From: Auanema rhodensis
Taxonomy: Eukaryota > Animalia > Nematoda
Direction: 5' to 3'
NCBI GenBank assembly: GCA_964057225.1
Contig: OZ059896.1
Coordinates: forward strand, 11,222,001 to 11,286,000
DNA length: 64,000 nt
The notes under the pieces are model-generated. The model had not been told where the DNA came from, made no database searches, and saw nothing but the letters and a program-made list of their open reading frames with translations. Of this stretch, positions 24,209 through 35,769 are shown one piece after another. How positions within the stretch are numbered: position 1 is the first letter of the stretch; every line of letters begins with the position of its first letter. The position numbers and the translations under genes are program-made.

Positions 24209-25346
24209 TTAGTGAGAAGCAAAAAAAAGTTTCTTTACATTTTTCACTTTTTGCCTGCATGTCGAGAATGGGCATTGTTCGTTTTCTAGCATTTCCAATT
24301 CATGAGCAATTGTACAGCTAAATTTAAGTAAAGTACTCGTATACAAAATAGTTATATCTTCCTACCAGCACGGTAGCAGTAAGAATAGTGTTTGGTCCAT
24401 TACGCAGTGATCTATCGGGCAAAACCCATCCCTCAGTTTTATGTTGTTTTGCGGTTCTTAAATAAATTAAATCACAACACCAATAAGACTTATTCAAGAC
24501 CTTTCATCTTTTGGCATATAGGACAGTTTGAAGAAGTTATTTTTTCAGCATCGGATTTACATAAAAGATGACCACAGGCTAGAACTATCATCTACAAGAG
24601 AAATTTTTTTTCATTATTTTCAATTTCGCAACCTTGTGAGCAAGATATTGTTCTAAGCATATAGCACACTCGAAGTGTTTTCTTGTCCGCAATAGTTTAG
24701 TAGATGAATACCCGGCAAAGGCTATCTCATCAAAAACCATAAAGCCTTTCTGAAGCTTATTTGAAAATTTTAATTATGGGTGACTTACTATGTTATCAAC
24801 TATGACGAGGGTTCTGCAGGACGGAATGCCTAATAAATACCATTTTGACCGGAGTTTCTTAGAAACACCTTTGAAAAAAAATCTAAAACATGATATAAAC
24901 GAGAGTGATAAGATTATACAACCTCACTCCTAATTGATTCTCCATTTTGAGGTGAAATTGAATTTGTAAGAAATCATTTTTTCGAGCTTCGAGATCGTTT
25001 AAGAAATCTCTCCTGATAAAACAATGAACGTGTTTCAACGTATAGTAGTAATACCTTTATATAAGTATACCTGAACATGATAAACTCTTTCAAGAAATAT
25101 TTTGAAAAATCTTCTGAGCTACTTGGTGCGAGATCAACTGAGTTGATGTTTCTTGGTAAAATTCCCATGATTGGAATTTTATCATAATCTTTCTATAATA
25201 ACAGTTGAATAAGGAGTTAAGCTTATGAATATTGCCTGAAATACGATGTAAACAGAACAGCACGGCTTCATAATCAGATTTAATTCCGGTTGTATAATTG
25301 AAATTTCCATTTTCGGATTCTCAATTGTATGGTCCCACACTTCCAT
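24209..25346 (-). CDS. RING-finger protein (one RING-HC variant plus a second degenerate RING-like module)
   Basis: Spliced C-terminus FECAICLEQYLAHK|MIVLACGHLLCKSDAEKITSSNCPICQ...CPIDHC...LPCCCT...QCPFSTCRQKVKNVKKLFFASH*. The start codon is uncertain. Confidence 0.7.
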
Positions 25347-25554
25347 CTAACGAAAAAAACCATGTCATTCGTACCAGTATTAAGATATTCAATGAGAACT
25401 GATTACATATGCTTGTTCAATGTAGTATACTAACAATTTTTATTAATTAAATTAATAATTCTTATTTTGTATTTAAAACAAAAATATAACTCTGGCTGAA
25501 CGTCCTAGTAAATTATAAATTTGAGAATCATAACTTCTGCGCAAAAATCTGGTA

Positions 25555-27969
25555 TTAATTTTTAGATTGAAACAATTTGCTTTTCAAAACAGCTATTTTT
25601 TCTGCTTGTGTTGAACAATTCATAAGTTCAGATTCATAAATACAAATTGGAGATTGTCCTAGTTTTTCTAATAACCTAATGGATAATTGTTCTGATCCAA
25701 GCAAATATTTTTTATTGGAACCGTCGTAGTCGCCGTAGTTCTATAAAAACAAATCATAAAACAGAAAAACACATTTTAATTTCTCACTTGCAAAGTATGT
25801 TGCCAAGATATGAATATAATCGGTACAACATTCTGCTCTTTTCCGACCCACTGAGATTTAGTGACTAATTTCCCATTCTATATAACAATATAATTTACGA
25901 ATTTTATATAATATACCTCAATCAAAACTTGATCGTCGATGAAAACTCCAGCACTATTGATACAGCTTCCGCCAAAATATGAAGATGGAGCAATCTAGAA
26001 GTAAATTTATGAATAATAATAACTCAAAAATTAAAATTACTTTATGTAATCCTCCCTTTACAAACATTTCATGATATGCTTCCACACCTTTTCCGAATCG
26101 AAGTTGCTTAGCTATAGTAACCTAAAAGGAATGAACGATGTTTTCAATAGGAGGAAGGATTGCTTGCATTCTTCGGGTCGTCCAAATTAATTCCAAACGA
26201 ATCTTTTGAAACTACTGGTCCACTATAACTACTTCCATGCTTATTTTTTACTACCTCTTGAATCTTAAGAATCCTTAACGCTATATATAACTTAGATGAT
26301 GAATTTGCACTGAAAAAAAAATAAATAAAGTTGTCTACAAGTAATTAAAACTTTTCGATTAGTTCACTGATGAAATCTTTGTGAAGAACTGTTTCAGCCA
26401 AAGAAGGTGTTAAACAGTCTTGCAAAGCTAAAGCGAAAATAAAATTTAGCCACGCACTTCCTGAAGTTGCACTTTCTCTCGTCATTTTTTTTGCCAATAA
26501 CTCAGCTGTGGGTTTGATACCCTGAAAAAAAAAATTGTTTCAGGTAACGCGGGAAAAACTAACATCTATGCCAGCAACAGCAAATCCACCAACAGCTCTA
26601 GACAGAACTGCTGGGCTAGCAGATTTTGAATTGGAGTTTACCCAATTGGATAAACATTGCCAAGAATCCGGGTTCCCTAATCGTAATCGAAAAACACAAA
26701 AATTAGTAATTTGAAGACTCATTCTTACCTGCTAAAGGAATCAACAAGACTTGAAACATCATTCCAGGATCTCAGTTGATTAACTTGCTTTCTTAGATCA
26801 ATATCAATTTTTCTCAACACTCGAGCATCAAAATATCTTAACTTAGCAAAAACAGAAGATAAATCCACGATTTGTTGAATCGTGAACAAATTTTTATTTC
26901 TGAAACAATTCCATATCGTTTTAATATGGTTACATATTAAAACGCCTTACTCAGTAATTCGTTGAATTGCAGGCTTAAGGAAAACAAGATCCCGTCTTTG
27001 ATGTAGTCCCAGGCACCTGAAATGTATCGAAATATATCTTGAGCTTTTTATCAATCACAATACCTTATAAACCCAATAATATGAGATACTGTCATTATTG
27101 GAAGTAAAGAAACAGCATGCTTGTAAACAGATTCACGCCAAGCATTAGAAGCAGGTCGATAATAAAGAAGTAAAGTAAGAAGATGAGCAGGATTATTCAG
27201 TGTCCTTAAATAAAGGCTTTTTAAAAAACACTAGATTATATTATTAACTTTATTTGTTCATGTATTGTTGTAGATATAACATCCTCTGCCTGTTTTGAAA
27301 ATTTATAATTAGTTGCTGTGGCTAAGTGGATCATCGGAATTAGAGCAGTTAGCACCGATTCACTTTTTTCCAAGTTAGCACAATTTTCTATATTATATAA
27401 TTATGTACAAATTATTTTATTGAAATACCATTCCAGAATTGCTCAACATCACGAAAACATTGAGTTTTGTTTAATCCTAATTTCAACAAAGATGTTAATA
27501 TTGGTATACAGTCTGCTACTATTAATTTTTTAGAAACCCTAGACCAACTCCTGTAATAGAAATCTGAGAAAAATTGTTGCAATATCTATAATACTCCTCT
27601 ATGATTTCATTGGAGATCTTAGAATCATCATGCAAAGTAGAAAACCCAAATAAAAGATCTTTCATTTGAGTGATTGATAAGACTGTTTGAGAATCAACCC
27701 ACTGAAATACAAAAAAAAAGATTTCCATTGTAAATGATAGAATTACTTTCTTAGCTTCATGGACTGATCGAAATTTAATAAAATCTGAAGAGCTCGTTGA
27801 GCTTGTTGAACATATATTTTCTTTCAAAACATCATCCACCATTTCTACATAAAATATATAGGAGCATACTAGGTGTTTATATACCAGTGAACACCGCCTC
27901 TTTGGACCCAACTGAACCTCCAGAAATAGCCCTTTTAACTAATAGTCCAGGCTTTAATATGCGCAGCAT
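25555..27969 (-). CDS. Mitochondrial FAST-kinase-family protein with C-terminal RAP domain
   Basis: Basic presequence-like MLRILKPGLLVKRAIS; C-terminus LLGSEQLSIRLLEKLGQSPICIYESELMNCSTQAEKIAVLKSKL resembles a RAP domain. Internal exons only partly traced. Confidence 0.65.
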
Positions 27970-28106
27970 TCTAAAAACCTAAAAGAACCCGACATTGATG
28001 AAATGCTATTCGATTGAAATATAGAACAGAATAAACTTCCAAAATAAAAACTTAATAAACAACAATTTTTATTCTTAACAAAACAACAAATTCTAACTGA
28101 ACATAA

Positions 28107-29000
28107 CTAAAGAAGAGCCGATGATTCAACTAAATGATTTCTAATAGCAGCATGAAGACATTCATGTACATCTGCAGTTACTTGCTTAGATGTTGCAATG
28201 AGAGTTGAAAAATGATCTACATGAACTCTATTTTGCAGCTCTACAAGAATAACGTCATCTTTGCCAGAAATAGTTGCTAGCTGGAATAAATTGAATTACA
28301 TACGAAAACGGATTAAGAGAGTACCGTAAGTCTAGGCAAAAGATCAGTTTCTTCTCGAGAATTAACGTCAACTACCGGTGTACCGTCAACTATGCCACAA
28401 GTGACAGCGGAAACGAGACCTTTCATTGGGATTCCAGCATCAGCCAAAGCCAATGATGCTGCATTTACACAAGCAGCAAGATGAGAACCATCGCCCTGCA
28501 ATAACTTTTATTTGGGGAAAAGGATAAAAACCTAACTTGAATAACTTCAAAGAAAATGTCAATCTGGGCTCTGGGAAAAGTGCTCGTAATAATAGCCGAT
28601 TCGAACGCTTTTTCAAGTAAGCGACCAAATTCGGTAGACTTTCGGTCACCACGAGGTCTATTTTTTCGATCAACAGAAGAAAACGTAGCCATACTAAATA
28701 TAATATTTTACATGTATTCATGCTCGTTAGCAAGCAAACCTATATTGGCAGTTTATGACACATTTATCTTCCAATTGTCTGGATCTTTTTCCTTCATGAG
28801 GACCGTACACAGCACAAAGAACCTAGAAACATTTCACATTAAAAAGAAATAGAATATTAGTTTGCTACCTTCGTGTTTCCTTGCTCTATGTATGAAGAAC
28901 CTTCGGCTTTGGGATATACTCCAAGTCTACAATTAATATTACGAATTTGATGAGGTCTACGACCATCTAATCTGAACCCATGTTCACTAATAACCATCAT
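28107..29000 (-). CDS. exos-4.1: Exosome subunit Rrp41/EXOSC4
   Basis: [22 protein letters not shown]...GSSYIEQGNT...VYGPHE...MATFSSVDRKNRPRGDRKS...GDGSHLAACVNAASLALADAGIPM. Confidence 0.95.
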
Positions 29001-29446
29001 TCTGAAAGCTTTCAATAATGATTAAAAAAAAAAAATTCTACCTGTCTGAGATTCGTTAACGGTATCTGTTATCTTGTTTTCTTCAACGTTTATTGGTGTT
29101 TTAGAAGATGATAATACGGACTCAGTAGGTGTAGCTTGGCCTTGTTTGAAAAGAACTTTTGGAGCTTGTTCAGCGAATACTAGCATAAGTCGGCGATTCA
29201 CTCGCATATGCTTGTCGATGCCTGAAGTATAAGAAATATTCCCCATTTACAAAAATTTCAAGCTTACAGTCACTGACGCACCGACTTTCCTGATTGTTTA
29301 GAAAATGCGAATTATAGTCACTCACACAAGATCCAAAACAACGCTCGGTTAAAGTATTATATACGGTGAGGAATTCTCTGAGCTATAAATATAATTTCCA
29401 ATACGGAATTCAAAAAATATTCTACCTGCGTTAAATCTTGACTCAT
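28997..29446 (-). CDS. tin-9.2: Small Tim chaperone (Tim9b/Tim10b-like, twin CX3C)
   Basis: MSQDLTQ|[39 protein letters not shown]|[12 protein letters not shown]. The stop is TGA 28997-28999 if intron 29002-29041 is spliced, or TAA 29022-29024 if it is retained. Confidence 0.88.
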
Positions 29447-29748
29447 AAAGAGTTGTATAGCAAGCTAAATATTAAATTATTTAATAATATTTTCTTAAAG
29501 TTTTTTATAAAGCAAATTTAATTAACTTTTGAAAATTTTAAATAGTAAGAATAATTTTTACCTACGTGCAGCTAAAAATGTTCGCAAATCTGTACGTAGT
29601 AAGAAATATTTCAAACTGTTGGAAAATGTAAATGCAAATACTTATGAATTATGTAGTTTTAGTAGTAATGATCCGTACTATGTTGTGTTGTGTTGTGTTG
29701 TATTCAATTTTAAAATATTAAATTTATTTACAATTACTTTTCAGTAAA

Positions 29749-30687
29749 ATGACTAATATAATAAAGTCTTCGTCTAATAATTTAATGTGTTCATTGGAGG
29801 AAATTAATTTCCGAACAAAACATAAGTTGGTGCATCCTTTGGAAAGCTTAAATCCGACTGCACCGCAGAAAGAACTTGTTCCCGATCGCAAAAAAATGGT
29901 GAAGGAGTATGTCCGACTTCCTGCAAATACAGCAACATGCTCTGGAAATTATGTTCGATCTCCTACCGTTCTTAAAGAAGCGACCTTATACCTATTAAAT
30001 GTCTTTCACGGGCTCAAAGAATCACAATTGGCTTTGTCGTATACATTTGTTTCAAATCGTTTACGAGCTGTTCGTCAAGACTTAATCGTGTCAAACAATT
30101 GGAATGCGGAAGCAATGCTTATATTGGAACAAATGATACCTTTCTATCTAGAAACTCTCCATTTGGGATTATCAACTATCTTTAGTTCATTTGATCTGAT
30201 TCTTCACTTAACAGAACTGCAGGAATGCTTTTCTAAGTGGTTTAACTGCTCTGGTTCTACGAAACGAAATGTTGATATTATAGCCAGTTTTTTATTGTAT
30301 ACTTATCATAGAACTTCGTATGATAGATCATATTTTTCTCTTCTACATACTTTACCAATGAGCTTGAAATCTCTTGTGCAGTCGTTATTATCATCTAATA
30401 GGAGTTGTAATTATGTTCATTATTTCAAGTTACTGAAGAGTATATCTTCAAAAACCATACTATATAGTACTGTATATTTGACAGAAGATATAAGAGTTCG
30501 TGCCACTGATGTAATTTCTATTGCATATAAAAGTAAAAATGCTCAATTACCTAAGGATATAGTCTGTAAATGGTTAGGGTATTCAGTATCTGATGATTTT
30601 GGTTTATCAGAATCGAATCTCATTTTAGTCTCTGATTTAAAAGTTAGTATTTCATCTTGTTGGCCCAAATCTCTTTTTAATATATAA
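29749..30687 (+). CDS. SAC3/GANP/THP3-domain protein (SAC3D1-like), single exon, 312 aa
   Basis: MCSLEEINFR...HPLE...MVKEYVR...RSPTVL...YTFVSNRLRAVRQDLIV are SAC3/GANP motifs; TTTTCAG lies 4 nt before the ATG. Confidence 0.85.
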   Translation: MTNIIKSSSNNLMCSLEEINFRTKHKLVHPLESLNPTAPQKELVPDRKKMVKEYVRLPANTATCSGNYVRSPTVLKEATLYLLNVFHGLKESQLALSYTFVSNRLRAVRQDLIVSNNWNAEAMLILEQMIPFYLETLHLGLSTIFSSFDLILHLTELQECFSKWFNCSGSTKRNVDIIASFLLYTYHRTSYDRSYFSLLHTLPMSLKSLVQSLLSSNRSCNYVHYFKLLKSISSKTILYSTVYLTEDIRVRATDVISIAYKSKNAQLPKDIVCKWLGYSVSDDFGLSESNLILVSDLKVSISSCWPKSLFNI

Positions 30688-31107
30688 TATTAAATTTGAA
30701 ATCCTGTTCTTGTCATAATGTGATTATTACTGGTTAATAAATTTATGTTTCTAGCATTTTTGTATTGTAACACCAAGAAAATCTAAGAGAATAGCATATT
30801 AAATTACACCACTTACTTAGAAGAAGCCTTTTTGTTTGCACGGCTGTTTGATATTCCTGAACGAACATTTACGGACTTTTTCAGAAACATTATTTCCAAA
30901 ACAGTTCATAAAATTCGCAATAAAACGTCATTTTTCTCTCGTTAGCTTCGAAACTTTTAATTTTTCTCAAGTTATGAGTATTTTTAATAGCCATTTTGTG
31001 CGATTAGGAAGCTGGCTCATTTCGGCTCAAGTATTATTTTTCAACATTTTCTTTGGCTCGTAAAATGCTTTCTGATTTGAATTTAACAATAGTAATTTAA
31101 AGATAAG

Positions 31108-32945
31108 ATGGATCAAGTTGTGATGATTACTGATCTAGTTTGGATACCGCGAGGTGTTCCAAAAGAGATTCCTGACAAAGTTAAACTCACCGAGGAAGAG
31201 TTAAAGGAACTTATTGAAGGTTGTAAATTTGATCGTCTTTACTAATTCAATTTTTAGGAGGGGTTGCTGAAACAACAGATAATGATGATTCCGATAATGA
31301 GAAAATGGAAGAAGACAAACCTGTATGTTTGTAAATTTATTGAGTTTATTTTTATTTTTTTTAAAGGAAGCAGAAGCTAAAGGAGGACTTAGAGGCTCTG
31401 CTCCCGACGAAATTACCTCTGACAAAGAAGAAAATATCGAAGAAAAGTATATGAAAGACTTTGATGAAGAAGATAAAGAGAAAGGGTATTATTTCTTTAA
31501 TGGTTGGGTAAACTGAGTAAATCCTTCTAGAATGAGAGGAATAGCCGTATATGCTTCCAACAAAGATGATCCATATATAACTGAGCATGTTGATAGCGAC
31601 AATGAAGACGAAGATAAGGATGACTTTATAATAAAACCTGATGATAATTTACTAGCAGTTGCTAAAATTGATAAAGTAAAATTTTCCACGATTTTCTTTA
31701 AACTGTATTTATAATATCATTCAGAACGAGTATACTATGGAAGTTTACGTTTATAATGAAACTAATGGTGACTTTTATTGCCATCACGATTACATCCTTG
31801 AAGCTCCACCTCTCTGTATTGAACCAATTTTTTATGATCCAGGCAATGATACTGATGGAAAAGTAAAATGAAATGAGGTTAAATCACTAAATTACTTTTC
31901 TTCTAGGGGAATCTAGTAGCTGTAGGAACAATGGAGTCGGAAATTCATATCTGGGATTTGGATATTGTCAACTCTTGTACTCCTTTCTTAACCTTGGGTA
32001 AAAAACAAAAATGTACGTATATTGAAAGTTGAATTCGAATCATTAAACCACTGAAATATAGCTAAAAAACGTACCAAGAGAGATGGAAGCCATCAAGGAC
32101 ATAAAGATGCTGTGATTAGTTTAGCTTGGAACAAATTGATGGAGCATGTAATGGCTAGTGGAGGTAGTTATAATTAGTTATTTTCGAGTATATTTCGAAC
32201 GTAATCAGGCGCTGACCAGCAAATAATTTTATGGGATTTGGATGAAGCAAAACCTGCTCAGTCTATTAGCAATCGTCATGGAGAAGTTTTTATACGGTTT
32301 CGTTCCTTTTTGTTTATTCGTATTCTAGGTCCAATCCCTAGCTTGGCATCCCATTGAAGCCACCTATATTCTATCTGGTACAATGAAGGGAAGTGTGGAA
32401 GTTCTTGATTGCCGAGAAGCAGTTGGAGATCCATCTGCTCAATGGTCTTTTGAAACACAGATTGAGAAAGTTATTTGGAATCACTTTAACCCTTTTTACT
32501 GCTTTGTCGGCTCTGATGATGGTATGTTGAATTTTAATTAGTATGTTTCCTAGTATACGAATTTTTTCAGGTTTTGTAAGATATTTGGATATGAGAAAAC
32601 CAGGTGATGTCATTTGGGAGCACAAAGCTCATGATGGATCTCTTGGAGGTTTAATTTTAAGTACTAAAATTAGAGGGCTTCTGAATTCTCTTGGCCATGA
32701 TGGTGTACGTTCTGATTTGTAAATATTTTACTAGTTAATGATTTAAGATTTTAAATTCGTATAAGGTGGATGATGATGGCACGATTAATAAAATTCATTC
32801 GGTTCCGTTGAACCTCGGATCATTACATTCAGCTGCTTTCAATCCAGAAGTAGGAACAGTTTTAGCTGCTGGTGGATCAGAAGGAGATTTATTGAGACTC
32901 ATAGATTTAACGAAACATGAAGCGATTGTTCAATCGTTCCAATAG
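31108..32945 (+). CDS. PWP1: Periodic tryptophan protein 1 (WD40, ribosome biogenesis)
   Basis: MITDLVWIPRGVPKEIPDK, DPYIT, DNLLAVAK, EVYVYNE...YCHHDYIL...PLCIE, GNLVAVGTMESEIHIWDLDIV, GHKDAVISLAWN. Confidence 0.93.
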
Positions 32946-33272
32946 AAACTTACTCTTTAACTGTTTGTTGCAACTTTCGTTTTGAAAGGAATTCTTGTTG
33001 ATTTGTTTTTGTTACAATGATTATAGTTTATACATGAAATGTTATCGTTTTTTTGTAAAGTTTTCTGCTTTTGTTCCATTTAGCATAGAGTTGGCAAAGA
33101 ATTCCAGCGAACAATCGAGTTAACGTCCACGGTTCGCTCCCTCATCAGCTTTTCTGATTCTGAATGTTTGATGTAGTCGGAACAAATGTGATTTTCCATC
33201 GACTGCTTGAATGACGTTTTCGTTGTTCCTTATTTAGAGAGAAATTTCTAAGATATTACAGAGTAACTTTCA

Positions 33273-33865
33273 GCTCCTGCTCAATTTGCAATAAAGCTTC
33301 TTCTTCGTTTAGATTCGCGGGTGGACCTTAAAAAACCAAATAAATACATGTGTGTAATCAAGATTGTAAAATATACAAACATTAAAAAAAAATGTTAAAT
33401 AATATTGAAAATACCTGTAGAATTAACGTCGGCCAGAACGCACGACGCCTTCACCTGTCTTTTGAGTCTCAGAAGTGTTTCATAGAAGACTTCTAAATAC
33501 ATTAAATTTATTGTTAACGGGATAACAAAAAAATAAACATACTTCGCTAACATCTGAAGAACGCAGAGATGGATCCAAGTGGCCCCGCACTAAACACAAA
33601 ATTTGTTTAATAACTCTAGGAAAAGTTTTAAATTTATGAAATAGGAACATTGTCTTAAAGATTGTTATAAATGAAAGCAAAAAGTTGAGAGGTTTTGTAT
33701 ACCTGCTTGGTGACGAAAAAGAATATCGATGCCTTGAATCTTCTCCAATAAAGATCTGACTAAAACTTCTCTCGTTTCCCGATCCATCCAAAACCACCTA
33801 TATAAGACATAAATTAAATTATAACCCATAGTAAAAATATAAAAACAATTAGAAATCATATTCTC
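33273..33865 (-). pseudogene. Fragment of an unidentified intron-containing gene; second copy inside the Maverick remnant
   Basis: 33272-33612 is near-identical to 35320-35670 apart from indels; exon-like pieces with GT-AG borders encode ...NSTG|PPANLNEEEALLQIEQEL. Frames do not join cleanly. Confidence 0.6.
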
Positions 33866-34787
33866 AGCCGTATATGCTTCCAACAAAGATGATCCATATA
33901 TAACTGAGCATGTTGATAGCGACAATGAAGACGAAGATAAGGATGACTTTATAATAAAACCTGATGATAATTTACTAGCAGTTGCTAAAATTGATAAAGT
34001 AAAATTTTCCACGATTTTCTTTAAACTGTATTTATAATATCATTCAGAACGAGTATACTATGGAAGTTTACGTTTATAATGAAACTAATGGTGACTTTTA
34101 TTGCCATCACGATTACATCCTTGAAGCTCCACCTCTCTGTATTGAACCAATTTTTTATGATCCAGGCAATGATACTGATGGAAAAGTAAAATAAAATGAG
34201 GTTAAATCACTAAATTACTTTTCTTCTAGGGGAATCTAGTAGCTGTAGGAACAATGGAGTCGGAAATTCATATCTGGGATTTGGATATTGTCAACTCTTG
34301 TACTCCTTTCTTAACCTTTCCATTGAACCTCGGATCATTACATTCAGCTGCTTTCAATCCAGAAGTAGGAACAGTTTTAGCTGCTGGTGGATCAGAAGGA
34401 GATTTATTGAGACTCATAGATTTAACGAAACATGAAGCGATTGTTCAATCGTTCCAATAGAAACTTACTCTTTAACTGTTTGTTGCAACTTTCGTTTTGA
34501 AAGGAATTCTTGTTGATTTGTTTTTGTTACAATGATTATAGTTTATACATGAAATGTTATCGTTTTTTTGTAAAGTTTTCTGCTTTTGTTCCATTTAGCA
34601 TAGAGTTGGCAAAGAATTCCAGCGAACAATCGAGTTAACGTCCACGGTTCGCTCCCTCATCAGCTTTTCTGATTCTGAATGTTTGATGTAGTCGGAACAA
34701 ATGTGATTTTCCATCGACTGCTTGAATGACGTTTTCGTTGTTCCTTATTTAGAGAGAAATTTCTAAGATATTACAGAGTAACTTTCA
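33866..34787 (+). pseudogene. Partial tandem duplicate of pwp1 with an internal ~0.8-kb deletion
   Basis: 33866-34318 matches 31543-31995 and 34318-34787 matches 32803-33272, with only a few differences; the 5' exons are missing. Confidence 0.92.
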
Positions 34788-35026
34788 AACGCAGCTTCTT
34801 TATGAAATATTAGTAGTATATAAAAGGTTGGACGGTTATTTTACCGTTTCCTACACTTTTTGCACCTTTTAGCTATTTTAATGCACAAAAACATCACAAA
34901 AATCTGTCTTAACTGATCGAAAATTGGTCATTTCTGAAAAATGATATTTTTTGTACTGGACGGTCTTTTGACAATTTTACCCACATTCAACATTTCCAGC
35001 CTTTTTGAATATTTTTAGTATTACAA

Positions 35027-35113
35027 ATGAAGAATTTAAGATTAGACAAAGCCCTGAAGCCTCTAACTGATTTTGATCTTTTGGATTTAGTAGAAACATT
35101 AGAAATCCAGAAT
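35027..35113 (+). pseudogene. Relic N-terminus of a Maverick adenain-like cysteine protease
   Basis: MKNLRLDKALKPLTDFDLLDLVETLEIQN resembles the PL[ST]xFDL...L.I start of Polinton proteases; truncated. Confidence 0.5.
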
Positions 35114-35667
35114 TGTCTCTCATAAACATTTATCGAAACTTTGCCACCACGCTACAAGGGATACAACAAAAAGAAATAGACATCATAATCAACAAATTCT
35201 TTCTCCATTATTTTTTTGCAAAGCAGATAATATGTCAATAAACATTAACAGCATAATAGAAAACGAGATTCTTCTAATCTGAATCATCTGGCCCTGAGAT
35301 CGATTCGTATAATAGATTGAGCTCCTGCTCAATTTGCAATAAAGCTTCTTCTTCGTTTAGATTCGCGGCTGGACCTTGAAAAAAACCTAACATTAAAAAA
35401 CAATGTTAAATAATATTGAAAATACCTGTAGAAATAACGTTGGCCAGAACGCATGACGCCTTCACCTGTCTTTTGAGGCTGAGAAGAAGTAAGTCAAGTC
35501 TTTCATAGAAGACTTAAAAGACAGGTGAGTAAGTGTTTCATAGAAGACTTCTAAATACATTAAATTTATTGTTAACGGGATAACAAAAAAATAAACATAC
35601 TTCGCTAACATCTGAAGAACGCAGAGATGGATCCAAGTGGCCCCGCACTAAACACAAAATTTGTTTA

Positions 35668-35769
35668 ATATGGTTTTTCGTGAATTATCTTTTTCAAATT
35701 TCCATCAACTAGTATTCTTGGTCGACCGAGACGTTGTTCATCTTCAAGGTCTTCATTTCCTTCAAAAAA
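35668..35769 (-). mobile_element. Mariner transposase HTH/linker fragment
   Basis: FFEGNEDLEDEQRLGRPRILVDGNLKKIIHEKPY resembles the mariner F..G..dLeDe.RsGRP...lk.ii...P segment. Confidence 0.65.

Noticed and set aside
33100-33150. CUGAUGA followed by a stem, suggesting a hammerhead ribozyme or C/D snoRNA
   Set aside because: No GAAA after stem II and no downstream CUGA box.
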